Positions 30,019 to 39,877 of a stretch of DNA of 64,000 nt are shown here, one piece after another. The notes under the pieces are model-generated. The model worked only from the letters and a program-made list of their open reading frames with translations. It made no database searches and was not told where the DNA came from. Numbering within the stretch: the first letter of the stretch is position 1; every line of letters starts with the position of its first letter. Position numbers and translations under genes: made by a program. The DNA is from Gammaproteobacteria bacterium. Its GTDB lineage: Bacteria > Pseudomonadota > Gammaproteobacteria > Steroidobacterales > Rariloculaceae. The stretch covers positions 20,929 through 84,928 of the forward strand of contig DASZSB010000155.1 in the NCBI GenBank assembly GCA_035548835.1, in the 5' to 3' direction.

Positions 30019-30990
30019 CTACGGAACCAGCACGGTCGAGCCCGTCGTTCGGCGCGCCTCGAGATCGCGGTGCGCCTGTGCCGCATCGCGCAGCGCATAC
30101 GTCTGATTGACTTCGATCCTGATGCGCCCGCGCTGTACGAGATCGAACAACTCGCCGGCGCCCTGCTCGAGGTCGCGGCGCTCGCGGATGAAGTCCCCGA
30201 GCGTCGGGCGCGTGACGTACAGCGAGCCGCGCTTCTGCAGCTCGTTGAGGCCGAACGGCTCCACGCGGCCCGACGAGTTACCGAAGCTCACGAGCAGGCC
30301 GTGCGGCCGGAGGCAGTCCAGCGACTGGAAGAACGTGGCTCGGCCGACGGAGTCGTAGACGACCGGCACGCCAGTGCCCGTGATCTCGCGTACCCGGCGC
30401 GGCAGGTCCTCGCTGTCGAGCAGCACGTGCTCGCAGCCGTGCGCCAGCGCCACCTCACGCTTCGCGGTCGAGCCCACGACGCCGATCACCCGCGCGCCGA
30501 GCTCGCGCGCCCACTGCGACGCGATCAGACCCACGCCGCCGGCCGCGGCATGCAACAGGATGAAGTCGCCGGCCGCGACGCGATAGCTCTTCTTCAGCAG
30601 ATACCAGGCCGTTAGACCCTTCAGCATCATGGCGGCGCCTGTGCGGTCATCGATACCGTCCGGCAACCGCACGAGCACACGCGCATCGAGGATGCGCTCC
30701 TCGGCGTACGCCCCGAGCGTTCCGGACGCCGTGTAGGCGACACGGTCGCCGGGCCGCACGTGCGTGACACCCGCGCCGACGGCCACGACCACGCCCGCGC
30801 CCTCGCCGCCGAGTCCGCTCGGCAACGCCATCGGGTACAGACCCGTGCGGTGATAGACGTCGATGAAGTTCAGACCGATCGCGCGGTGCGCGATACGCGC
30901 CTCGCCCGGCTTTGGTTCACCGACCTCCACCTGCTGGTACTTCAGTACCTCGGGGCCGCCGAACTGCTCGAATCGAATCGCCCAGACCAT
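30019..30990 (-). CDS. qor: NADPH:quinone oxidoreductase (zeta-crystallin/MDR)
   Basis: GLNFIDVYHRTGLY, HAAAGGVG, VVYDSVG, GSLYVTRPTL. Confidence 0.93.
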   Translation of the reverse strand: MVWAIRFEQFGGPEVLKYQQVEVGEPKPGEARIAHRAIGLNFIDVYHRTGLYPMALPSGLGGEGAGVVVAVGAGVTHVRPGDRVAYTASGTLGAYAEERILDARVLVRLPDGIDDRTGAAMMLKGLTAWYLLKKSYRVAAGDFILLHAAAGGVGLIASQWARELGARVIGVVGSTAKREVALAHGCEHVLLDSEDLPRRVREITGTGVPVVYDSVGRATFFQSLDCLRPHGLLVSFGNSSGRVEPFGLNELQKRGSLYVTRPTLGDFIRERRDLEQGAGELFDLVQRGRIRIEVNQTYALRDAAQAHRDLEARRTTGSTVLVP

Positions 30991-31046
30991 GAGTCGTCCG
31001 CTCGCTGCTAGAATTCCGGTTTCTTTCGTCCGGAATATACCACCCG

Positions 31047-32258
31047 ATGGCAGAACACCTCGTCGTCGTTGGCGGCGGTCAGGCCGCAGCGCAGGCCGTG
31101 CAGACGCTGCGGCAGCAGAATTACCCGGGCACGATTACGCTGCTGGCCGACGAGCCCTACGCGCCGTACCAGCGCCCGCCGCTGTCGAAGAAGTATCTCG
31201 CGGGCGAGCTGACGCGCGACCGGCTGCTGCTGCGCCCGACGGCGTTCTACGCCGAGAAGAACGTGACGCTGATGCTCGGCACGCGCGCCGTCGAGATCGA
31301 GCTCGCGCCGCGCCGCGTGCGTCTTGCCGACGGCCGCGTGCTCCGCTACGACCGTCTGCTGCTCGCGACCGGCAGCCGCCCGCGCCAGCTCGACGTGCCC
31401 GGCGCCAAGCTGCGCGGCGTCCATTACCTGCGCACGATCGCCGACGTCGACGGCATCACCGCCGAGCTCACCGCCGGCGCGCGCGTCGCGCTGATCGGCG
31501 CCGGATTCATCGGTCTCGAGGCCGCTGCCGTGCTGCGCCAACGCGGGTTCGACGTGACGGTACTCGAGGCGTTCGAGCGCGTGCTGGGCCGCGCCGTGGG
31601 CGCCGAGGTCGCGGAGTTCTATGCCGGATGCCATCGCGCGGCCGGCGTCTCGCTGCATCTGGGCGCCGCCGTGCGCGCGCTGCACGGCACGGAACGCGTG
31701 GCGGCGGTCGAGACCGTCGATGGTGGGCGCTTCCCGTGCGACCTCGTGATCATCGGCATCGGCGTGGTGCCCAATGTCGAGCTCGCTGCGTCGGCCGGGC
31801 TCGCGTGTGACAACGGCATCGTCGTCGACGAGTTCGCGCGCACGGCCGATCCGAACGTCGTCGCCGCCGGCGACTGCACGAACCACCCGTTGAATGGGCG
31901 GCGCGTGCGCCTGGAATCGGTGCCGAATGCCGTGCACCAGGCACGAGTCGCCGCGGCCACGCTGCTCGGTACGCCGGCGGCGTATTCGGAGATTCCGTGG
32001 TTCTGGTCCGATCAGTACGACCTGAAGCTGCAGATCGTCGGGCTGTCGCACGACCACGATCACGTCGTGCTGCGCGGCGACCCCGCCGCACGCAGCTTCG
32101 CGGCGTTCTACCTGCGTGACGGCGCACTGCTCGCCGTCGATGCGGTCAACAACGCGCGCGAGTTCGCACACGCGAAGAAGCTGGTGGCGGCGCGGGCGCG
32201 GCTCGCACCCGAAATACTGCGCGACGCGAGCGTGGACCTCGGCGCAGTGGCGCTGTAG
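31047..32258 (+). CDS. FAD-dependent ferredoxin reductase (putidaredoxin-reductase-like)
   Basis: GGGQAA, YQRPPLSKKYL, IGAGFIGLE, AAGDC, PWFWSDQYD. Confidence 0.92.
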   Translation: MAEHLVVVGGGQAAAQAVQTLRQQNYPGTITLLADEPYAPYQRPPLSKKYLAGELTRDRLLLRPTAFYAEKNVTLMLGTRAVEIELAPRRVRLADGRVLRYDRLLLATGSRPRQLDVPGAKLRGVHYLRTIADVDGITAELTAGARVALIGAGFIGLEAAAVLRQRGFDVTVLEAFERVLGRAVGAEVAEFYAGCHRAAGVSLHLGAAVRALHGTERVAAVETVDGGRFPCDLVIIGIGVVPNVELAASAGLACDNGIVVDEFARTADPNVVAAGDCTNHPLNGRRVRLESVPNAVHQARVAAATLLGTPAAYSEIPWFWSDQYDLKLQIVGLSHDHDHVVLRGDPAARSFAAFYLRDGALLAVDAVNNAREFAHAKKLVAARARLAPEILRDASVDLGAVAL

Positions 32259-32262
32259 CCGC

Positions 32263-32937
32263 CTACTGCTGGGCGACCTGCTTCTCGGGCAGGTGCAGGA
32301 ACAGCTCGCCCGTGGCGGCGGCGGCGTGCTCCGCCGGAGCGAACGCCGTGACGTCGTAGCGCTCGACCGCGCTGCCGACCTCGCCTTCGAATGCGCCCGC
32401 CACGCCGAGGACGGCCGCAGTGCTGCCGGCATTCGGTCCCACCGTGGGCCGATACTCGAGGGGACCGCGCCAGGGCCGGTCGAACAGCCAAACGGGCAAC
32501 ACCGTCTGCTTCAGGAACGGCCAGACGTTGGAATCGGAACGCACGAACAGCGTGCCCTGGCCGGGCAGGCTCACGAGCCAGTAGTCGGACAGCACGACGC
32601 CCTTCAGCAGCAAGTCGGTGTCGGGCGACGGCGCCAGCATGCGGCTCGCGATGGCCGCCGGCTGGCCCGAGTCGTCCGTCAGCACAAGACCCAGCATGGC
32701 GGTGCGGTCGATCGTCTCTTCCCACAGACCCTGCACGGAGCTCGGGCGCCCCGCGAACATCGCGTCCTCACCGACTGCCGCCGTGAGCAGCTGGTCCGGC
32801 AGCGAGTACCGCAGCACACGGTCGCCGGCGCCCGGCGCGGTGCCGCCTTGCTCGGTGAACGGGTTGTAGTAGACCACGGCGCCTGCGAGCACGGCCCCGA
32901 TCAGCAATCCAGAGAGTGCGACGAACAGGTATTTCAT
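32263..32937 (-). CDS. Membrane-anchored hypothetical protein (224 aa)
   Basis: ATGA overlap with the upstream gene; N-terminal TM; beta-rich with GVAGAFEGEVG. Confidence 0.75.
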   Translation of the reverse strand: MKYLFVALSGLLIGAVLAGAVVYYNPFTEQGGTAPGAGDRVLRYSLPDQLLTAAVGEDAMFAGRPSSVQGLWEETIDRTAMLGLVLTDDSGQPAAIASRMLAPSPDTDLLLKGVVLSDYWLVSLPGQGTLFVRSDSNVWPFLKQTVLPVWLFDRPWRGPLEYRPTVGPNAGSTAAVLGVAGAFEGEVGSAVERYDVTAFAPAEHAAAATGELFLHLPEKQVAQQ

Positions 32938-33572
32938 GGCGTGCGCGTCACCGTGTAGAGCTCGATCGTGCCGCGCATCGAGCCGGCAGCGTCGACGCCC
33001 GTGAGCTTCCACGTCTCCGTGTAGCTGCCGTCGAGACCGCTGAACTCACCGCTCCCTCCCGCGACGACGCCTCCGGAGGCCAGCGGCGCTTCCACGCTGC
33101 CTTCCCACGCCGTGCCCGGCGTGTAGCCGGCGCGCTGCAGCGCGCTGTCGAGCGCGCCGGCCTTCTCGCCCGGCGCACGCAACAACAGCGAACCACGCGC
33201 CGGGATCATGAGCGACCACGTCGTCGTGGGACCGCGGTTGCCGTTGACCCAGTGCCGGGCGGCCACGCCGATGACCTGCCCGGTGGCATCCCGGACCTTG
33301 TAGTGCTCGACCAGCAGCGGCTCGGCGACGAATTTCGCAGGTAGCGCCATGACGCCCTCGGCCGAGACCGAGCGCAGCCCGCCGGCCTTGCCGTCGGTGG
33401 CGGCGATGCGATCCGCCGGCAGACGGATCACGAACGGCTCGGCACGGCCTCCGTTGGCGACCACCGACGTCTGCGAAGGCAGGCGGTGGTGGTTGAGCCA
33501 CGGCATGTAGTGGGCCGCGGCCAGCGTGCCGCCGAACCCCACGACAATGGCCAACAGGAATAACGTTCTCAT
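32934..33572 (-). CDS. Membrane-anchored hypothetical protein (212 aa)
   Basis: N-terminal TM/signal; beta-rich with VAGGSGEFSGLDGS. Confidence 0.75.
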   Translation of the reverse strand: MRTLFLLAIVVGFGGTLAAAHYMPWLNHHRLPSQTSVVANGGRAEPFVIRLPADRIAATDGKAGGLRSVSAEGVMALPAKFVAEPLLVEHYKVRDATGQVIGVAARHWVNGNRGPTTTWSLMIPARGSLLLRAPGEKAGALDSALQRAGYTPGTAWEGSVEAPLASGGVVAGGSGEFSGLDGSYTETWKLTGVDAAGSMRGTIELYTVTRTP

Positions 33573-33642
33573 GCCGGTTCCACAGTGTACCGAGAGCGGC
33601 AGTATCCCCACCGCCGGGTGGCGCGGCGGTTAACGAAATCAC

Positions 33643-33669
33643 AAAACGCCGCGCCCGGAAACGGCGCGG
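33643..33669 (-). terminator. Intrinsic terminator after gshA
   Basis: CCGCGCC/GGCGCGG stem; reads stem then CGTTTTGT on the minus strand. Confidence 0.6.
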
Positions 33670-33673
33670 GGCC

Positions 33674-35293
33674 TCAAATCGCGGCGAAATGCTCAGCCAG
33701 GTAGGCCTCGAAGGACCGCGTGTCCTTGTGAGCCAGTGCCTCTGCCTCCTCGAGCGACCGGCGCACCGTTGCGGCCAGCGACTCCTCGCGCTCGGGCGCG
33801 AGCGCGAGCTCCCGGAAATACGCCGCGTGGCTGCGGGCCAGGGCCAATGTGTACTCGAAGAAGCTGGCCCCCTCGCCCTGCAGGGCCGCGAGCACGGCTG
33901 CCGACGGCGTCCGCCCGGGCTCCCGCAGCGCGTCGGCCGCAGCGTCGACGGCGGCGACGTAGCCGGTGCCATCGGCATCGAGCAGCTCGGCCACCGCACG
34001 CACCTGCTCGAGCAGCTCCGTGCCGCACGCCGCAAGCGGCCGGGCCCGGCCGCCCTCGACGAGTGCAAGGCCTGGCCGACGCCCCTCGCGGGCGACGGTC
34101 AGATCGCGCGAGTCGATCTCCGCCTGCTCGCTTGCGGAGATCGGTGGGCTCTCGGCCAGCAGACAGCGAATCAGCAGCGCCTCGAGCAGGCGAAGCTCGT
34201 TCTGATTCATGCCGATAGGATCGGCGCAGTTCAGATCGAGCGTGCGCACCTCGACGTACTCGACGCCGGTGCGCTCGAGCGCGATCAACGGCCGGTACGA
34301 GCTGGCCTTGCTGGGCTTGGGCCGGATCGTGCTGTAGTACTCGTTCTCGATCTGCAGGATGTTCGCGTTCAGCTGGCGATAGTCGCCATCGACGACGACG
34401 CCGATGGCGGCGTAGCGCGGGTCTTCGGTCGTGACGGCGGCGCGCATGCCGGCGACGTACTCGGACAACGAGTTCGCCCGAATGCTGAGCCGCCCCTGGC
34501 TCTTGTTGCGATAGCCGAGATCGCTCATGCGCAGCGACGTCGCGAACGGTGCGTGCCACGTGTCGCGATCGAGCTCCGTCAAGAGCTCGTGCCCCTCCGG
34601 ACGGAACGACTTCGACAATGCCGGCGACGCGCCGAACAGGTACGTCACGAGCCAGGCGCAGCGCCGGTAGTTGCGCACGAGCCCCATGAGCTCGGCGGAA
34701 CGGAAGTCGGCAGGCGACTCGCGACGCCCCTCGTGCTCGCGGTACTCGGGCCAGAACTCCGCCGGCAGCGAATAGTTGAAGTGCACGCCCGCGATGGCCT
34801 GCATGGCGCGGCCGTAGCGGTGACCGAGCCCGCGTCGATAGACGGTCTTCATGCGGCCGAGGTTCGAAGGGCCGTAGTCCGCGATCGGAATGTCGTCGTT
34901 GCCGCCGAGCGAGCACGGCATGCTGGCCGGCCACAGCAACTCGCCGTCGAGACGCCGGTGAATGAACGCGTGCACGTCGCAGAGAAACTGCACCGTCTCC
35001 CAGGAGGTGCGCAGCGGCGGCGTGACGAGCTCCGGCAGCGCCTCGGAGTAGTCCGTGGTGATGAACGGGTGCGTCAGCGCCGCACCGAGGCTCCGCGGAT
35101 GCGGCCGCTGCGACAGGCGCCCGTCGGCCGTGACGCGCAGACTCTCCTTCTCGACGCCGCGCAACCCTCGCCGCACGAGTGCGGCACGGTCCCGCAGCCA
35201 CTCCAGCCGGGCGGCGAGAGCTCTTGGGCGGCTGGCGTGTGCGGATGAGTTGCTGCTCGACACTGTCACGGGCTCCACGAGGCCGGCGCGCAT
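33674..35293 (-). CDS. gshA: Glutamate-cysteine ligase
   Basis: RGVEKESLR, ITTDYSEALPELVTP, SLRMSDLGY, LQIENEYYS, YVEVRTLD; start may be a nearby GTG. Confidence 0.96.
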   Translation of the reverse strand: MRAGLVEPVTVSSSNSSAHASRPRALAARLEWLRDRAALVRRGLRGVEKESLRVTADGRLSQRPHPRSLGAALTHPFITTDYSEALPELVTPPLRTSWETVQFLCDVHAFIHRRLDGELLWPASMPCSLGGNDDIPIADYGPSNLGRMKTVYRRGLGHRYGRAMQAIAGVHFNYSLPAEFWPEYREHEGRRESPADFRSAELMGLVRNYRRCAWLVTYLFGASPALSKSFRPEGHELLTELDRDTWHAPFATSLRMSDLGYRNKSQGRLSIRANSLSEYVAGMRAAVTTEDPRYAAIGVVVDGDYRQLNANILQIENEYYSTIRPKPSKASSYRPLIALERTGVEYVEVRTLDLNCADPIGMNQNELRLLEALLIRCLLAESPPISASEQAEIDSRDLTVAREGRRPGLALVEGGRARPLAACGTELLEQVRAVAELLDADGTGYVAAVDAAADALREPGRTPSAAVLAALQGEGASFFEYTLALARSHAAYFRELALAPEREESLAATVRRSLEEAEALAHKDTRSFEAYLAEHFAAI

Positions 35294-35380
35294 TATAGGC
35301 CGCCGAATTGCCGGCGGGGCCGGTTCAGCGTAGGTTCACGGAGAGCGCGTAGATTAACGGCGATCAGGAGGCTCACGACA

Positions 35381-35716
35381 GTGTTGGTCGCGCCCAGGTA
35401 TCGAGCGGCAATTGCCTGTGCCGTATTGGCGCTCGCGGCGGCCCCCGCATACGCCTTCCGCTGCGGGACGCGCATCATCACGGCGGGGGATCCTGCCGAC
35501 AAGGTTCTGCAGTTCTGCGGCTCGCCTGTTTCGGTGCAGACGCGCCGGGCGGAGCGCCCCTACATCGACGACTTCGGTCGGAGCTACCGGGGCATGCTCG
35601 AGGAAGTCGTGATCGAGGAGTGGACCTACAACCTGGGTCCGACGCAATTCATGCGCCTCGTCCGGCTCGAGAACGGGCTCGTGGTCGAGGTCAAACCACT
35701 GGGTTACGGCTACTGA
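35381..35716 (+). CDS. DUF2845-like secreted protein
   Basis: Signal peptide, FRCG...V...CGSP, EEWTYNLGP...ENG pattern. Confidence 0.8.
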   Translation: MLVAPRYRAAIACAVLALAAAPAYAFRCGTRIITAGDPADKVLQFCGSPVSVQTRRAERPYIDDFGRSYRGMLEEVVIEEWTYNLGPTQFMRLVRLENGLVVEVKPLGYGY

Positions 35717-35721
35717 CCGTC

Positions 35722-35997
35722 TCAGCCACCGGCAGCTCGCAGCAGCGGCACCTGTTCCATTTCGTAGCCGATGACTTCGTGAGTGTGCGGATCGTGAATG
35801 GGCTTGCCCCGGCGGAAGCAGCCCGTGGTCCGCGCCGTGCGCTCGAACTCCTCCTCGGATTCGACGGGCTCGAGCGAGACGCGGCCGTCCGGCAGTCGTA
35901 CCAGCCGTTGTGCTCCCTTGCCGAGCTGGCCCGCGTGCCAACGACGGTCCGTCGTATCCCCGAGAACCAGGGCAATGATCTCGATGCTGTCGTCCAT
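35722..35997 (-). CDS. Hypothetical protein (91 aa)
   Basis: GAGG RBS before ATG 35997; protein-like composition. Confidence 0.6.
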   Translation of the reverse strand: MDDSIEIIALVLGDTTDRRWHAGQLGKGAQRLVRLPDGRVSLEPVESEEEFERTARTTGCFRRGKPIHDPHTHEVIGYEMEQVPLLRAAGG

Positions 35998-36230
35998 GCT
36001 CGAACCTCGCTGCGGGCGTCCACGTGCGCCGCCACGCGTGAGAAAGCAACGTCCATGCCAGCACAGACGGGCGCGGCAAAACAGGCACTTAGTGCGTAGC
36101 GACGTGACCGCCTTCACAGCCGAATGCGACAAAATTTGCCACCTTGACGCCGAAACGTCGCCGCGTGACATGGGTCCCGCGCAGATCCCGGGACCTCGGA
36201 CGAGGTCGTGGCTACACCAGGAGACTCCGC

Positions 36231-36656
36231 ATGCTGAAGTTCAAACGCCGGATTCAGGACTCGAACCATGGGCCGAGGACCTTCGTGGCTCCGGGCACAA
36301 AGATCGTCGGCTCGATCACCGGCAAAGGTTCGTACGTGTTCTGCGGCACCATCGAAGGCGACTGCGAGATCAGCGGTCCGGTGACGCTCGCGGAAGGCGG
36401 GCGATGGAAGGGCACGATCAAGGCCACCGACATCGTGATCGCGGGGGTCGTCGAGGGCGACGTGGTGGGCGAGCAGCGCGTTGAGATCGCGGGCACTGCG
36501 CGCGTGAGCGGCAGCCTCGCCGGGCACTCGATCGCGGTTGCGGAAGGCGCGATCATCGAGGGCGACATCAAGGTCAAGAGCGGTGCGCCCGCGGTCACCT
36601 TCCAGGAGAAGCGCGGCACCGAGGTGCAGGCGCCGGCGAAACTCGCGAACTCATAG
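36231..36656 (+). CDS. Bactofilin (polymer-forming cytoskeletal protein)
   Basis: AGGAG RBS; beta-helix repeats GTKIVGSI, GTIEGD, GVVEGDV, VAEGAIIEGDI. Confidence 0.9.
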   Translation: MLKFKRRIQDSNHGPRTFVAPGTKIVGSITGKGSYVFCGTIEGDCEISGPVTLAEGGRWKGTIKATDIVIAGVVEGDVVGEQRVEIAGTARVSGSLAGHSIAVAEGAIIEGDIKVKSGAPAVTFQEKRGTEVQAPAKLANS

Positions 36657-37646
36657 CGCGCGTTCGAGCTCGGCCAACACGGCGCGATCGAGCCAGCTGC
36701 GCAGCCTGTAACTCTCGATGAATGCGCAGTGCCCGCCGCGCGGGAAGACGTCGACGCTCAGCTCGCTCGTCACGGCAACATCGGCGAGGTCCTCGATCGG
36801 AATGACCGGATCGTCGGCAGCCGCGATGACGCGGGTCGGCACTCTCAAGTTCGCAAGAACGTCTCCGGTCACCGCGTAGCCCGCGAGATACGTATCGAGA
36901 TCAGGGAAGCCCGCGTAACGCGTCGCGAAGAACTCCGTGGTGGCGGTCAACGTGGACAGACGACGCAGATCGCCGAAGTCGTAGAGATCCGGAAAGCACT
37001 CGGCCTTTGCGAGCAGACTGCGACGCCACCGGTGCAGGAAGTACTCGCGATAGACCCACAACCCCTCCTCGAGCGCACGCATCGTGCTATGAGGCCGCAG
37101 CACGGGGCAGATCGCCACGACACGAGCGAGCTCGATGCCGGCATCCGGCGCGCGCGCGGCGACCCGCAGCGCGAAGTTGCCGCCGAGGGAGTGCCCCACC
37201 AGGAACGCGCGCGCAGCCGGATGGTCGACGATGACGCGTCGAACCGCTCCGACGACCTCGTCGATTCGGCATGAATGGAACAGCTCACGGTTCAACGCGA
37301 ACGTGTTGCCGTGATCGCGAAAATTCAGGCGAAAGACGTCGAACCCGGCGTCGTAGAGCAAGCCGCCCGTCGATAACACGTAGCTCGCCGCCGCGCTGCC
37401 TTCCCAGCCATGCAACAGAATCACGAGACCGCGCGTCTGCTGCGTCTGTGCGCTGAAGTGACCCAGCAATCGCACGCCGTCGCCGCAATCGAGGATTTCG
37501 TCCCGAGCGACAGCCAGCATGCGACGGGCCTGGCGACGCAGCCAGGGCTGGCGAATGGGCCAGCCCGCCAGCAGTGACTGAACGTGCCTGTGACGCAGCC
37601 CTACCGGGGGTTTGAAGGCACTTACAACGTGCGGCCTGCGCTGCAT
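36651..37646 (-). CDS. YheT-like alpha/beta hydrolase
   Basis: LLHGWEGS, NFRDHG, GHSLGG, ADDPVIP, GGHCAF. Confidence 0.88.
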   Translation of the reverse strand: MQRRPHVVSAFKPPVGLRHRHVQSLLAGWPIRQPWLRRQARRMLAVARDEILDCGDGVRLLGHFSAQTQQTRGLVILLHGWEGSAAASYVLSTGGLLYDAGFDVFRLNFRDHGNTFALNRELFHSCRIDEVVGAVRRVIVDHPAARAFLVGHSLGGNFALRVAARAPDAGIELARVVAICPVLRPHSTMRALEEGLWVYREYFLHRWRRSLLAKAECFPDLYDFGDLRRLSTLTATTEFFATRYAGFPDLDTYLAGYAVTGDVLANLRVPTRVIAAADDPVIPIEDLADVAVTSELSVDVFPRGGHCAFIESYRLRSWLDRAVLAELERAL

Positions 37647-37739
37647 AGTTATAGACTTGGGGGCGGTCGCGACCGTGCGTCGATTCGACGAGCCGGGCGG
37701 CCAGACAACAACTATAACAATGAACCCGAAGTCGCGCGC

Positions 37740-39791
37740 ATGCCGAGCTCCGCCCTCAATTCCGGACTGAAGCGACGCTACCTCGCGTCGATGGCAGCCC
37801 TTGCGGCGGGCGTCGGCGGCACGTGCGCGATCCTGTTCTACCTGCTGTCGACGGGCGCGCTGTCATTGAAGGCGTTCGGCATCGGCCTGTTCACGTGCCT
37901 CTTCGTCGCGAGTGTCATCGCGCTGCTGCTGATACGCGCGTTGGCCGACGGCTTCTCGCGCCCGCTGCGCGAGGTGGCGAGCGCACTTGCGAACGCTGCG
38001 CGCGGGGACTTCGACACGGTGGCGGACTTCGGTGACGCCAGCGAGCTGCGCGACCTCGCGTCCGCGGTGAACACGATGCGTTCGAGTCTGCGCACGAGCA
38101 CGATCTCCCGCGACTATCTCGACAGGCTTCTGTCGAGCATGGGCGAAGCGCTGTTGATCACCGACATCAACGGCCGCATCGAACGCGCCAACGCCGCGGC
38201 AAGCGAGCTGTTCGGCCACCCGGAAGGGGATCTGGTCGGCAAACTGGCCGACGAGCTGATCCTGTCGAATGACCGGCGCCGCGCCGAGGGTGTGGCGTCG
38301 CGACCGCGTGAAGGCGCGGTGCTGCGGCCCGACGGCACGACCGTCAGCGTGTCGTACACGGTCGCGAACGTCCATAACGATCACAACGAGCTCGTGAGCA
38401 AGGTGTACGCTGCGCACAACATCGACGAGCGCAAGCGCGTCGAGCAGCGGATCCGCTATCTCGCCAGGACCGACTCGCTCACGAAGATCGCCAACCGCAT
38501 GCAGTTTCAGCATCTGCTGCAGCAGGCGATCGCGCGGGCGCGCCGCAATCAGCAGTACGTTGCGATCCTGTATCTCGACGTGGATCGCTTCAAGGACATC
38601 AACGACACTTTCGGCCACGCCGCAGGCGACGCGAGCCTCGAGATCTTCGCGCGCCGCATTCTCGCCGAGCTCGGCGAGAACGCGCACGCCGGCCGCCTCG
38701 CGGGTGACGAATTCGCGGTTCTGATCACGGGCTTCGAGCGCCTGGACGCCATCCAGAGATACCTGGGTGACCTCGCGCCGCGCCTGCTGCAGTCGGCCGG
38801 GAAGCCGTTCCAGGTACACGGGGAAGAGATCTTCCTGACGGCCAGCATGGGCATCGCGGTGTACCCGCGCGATGGCGACAACGTGATCGACCTGATACGC
38901 AACGCGGACGCCGCGCTGTATCAGGCGAAGAAAGCGGGCGGCAACTGCTTCGAGTGGTACTCGCCGGACATGAACACGGAAGCCGTCGAGCGGTTGATGC
39001 TGAAGAGCAAGCTGCGGCGCGCGCTCGAGCGCGACGAGCTGCGAATCCATTACCAGCCGAAGTACCGGCTGAGCACCGGCCGCCTGGAAGGCGCCGAAGC
39101 CCTCCTGCGGTGGGATCTGCCCGAGCGCGGTATGGTGCTGCCGTCTGACTTCGTGCCGCTCGCCGAGGAGACGAACCTCATTCTTCAACTCGGCGACTGG
39201 GTGCTGAATCGCGTCTGCGCCGACTATCGCGCGTGGCAGCGGGTGGTGCCATCACCGTGCCGGGTGTCCGTGAATCTGTCCCTGCGCCAGCTGCAGCAGC
39301 GTCGGTTCCTGGACCAGGTACGAGACACGTTCCGAGCGCACGGGGTTTCGCCGACCTCGCTCGAGCTCGAGATCACGGAGACCACGCTGATGGAGGACCC
39401 GGAGCGAACCATCCGGATCCTGGACTCGCTGTATGGCATGGGCCTGCACCTCGCCATCGACGATTTCGGCACGGGCTATTCGTCGTTGAGCGCCCTGCAG
39501 CAGTTTCCGATCAATACCCTGAAGATCGATCAGTCCTTCGTGCGCAACGTAGCCGTCGACCGCGACGACGCGGCGATCGTGGATGCGATCATCCAGATGG
39601 CCCACAGCCTGCAGCTCGACGTAGTGGCCGAAGGCGTGGAGAACGAGGCGCAGCTCGACTTCCTGCGCAAGCACGGCTGCGACTACGCGCAGGGCCACCT
39701 TTTCGGGGACCCGGTTACGGCCGACCAGTTCTGCGAGCTGCTGATCGCCGAGGCCGAGGGCAGCGGCAAGCACCGGACGCTCTTCGCGTGA
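37740..39791 (+). CDS. HAMP-PAS-GGDEF-EAL membrane protein
   Basis: Two TM, HAMP, PAS, DSLTKIANR, RLAGDEF, EALLRW, DDFGTGYSSL, AEGVE. Confidence 0.92.
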   Translation: MPSSALNSGLKRRYLASMAALAAGVGGTCAILFYLLSTGALSLKAFGIGLFTCLFVASVIALLLIRALADGFSRPLREVASALANAARGDFDTVADFGDASELRDLASAVNTMRSSLRTSTISRDYLDRLLSSMGEALLITDINGRIERANAAASELFGHPEGDLVGKLADELILSNDRRRAEGVASRPREGAVLRPDGTTVSVSYTVANVHNDHNELVSKVYAAHNIDERKRVEQRIRYLARTDSLTKIANRMQFQHLLQQAIARARRNQQYVAILYLDVDRFKDINDTFGHAAGDASLEIFARRILAELGENAHAGRLAGDEFAVLITGFERLDAIQRYLGDLAPRLLQSAGKPFQVHGEEIFLTASMGIAVYPRDGDNVIDLIRNADAALYQAKKAGGNCFEWYSPDMNTEAVERLMLKSKLRRALERDELRIHYQPKYRLSTGRLEGAEALLRWDLPERGMVLPSDFVPLAEETNLILQLGDWVLNRVCADYRAWQRVVPSPCRVSVNLSLRQLQQRRFLDQVRDTFRAHGVSPTSLELEITETTLMEDPERTIRILDSLYGMGLHLAIDDFGTGYSSLSALQQFPINTLKIDQSFVRNVAVDRDDAAIVDAIIQMAHSLQLDVVAEGVENEAQLDFLRKHGCDYAQGHLFGDPVTADQFCELLIAEAEGSGKHRTLFA

Positions 39792-39877
39792 CCCCCCCGG
39801 GGGGCCTGCTGCCCCGGGCCTTGGGCTTGGGGTATATTCTGCAGCTGCGCTGTTCAGAACTCCAAAGAGGTAATGTC

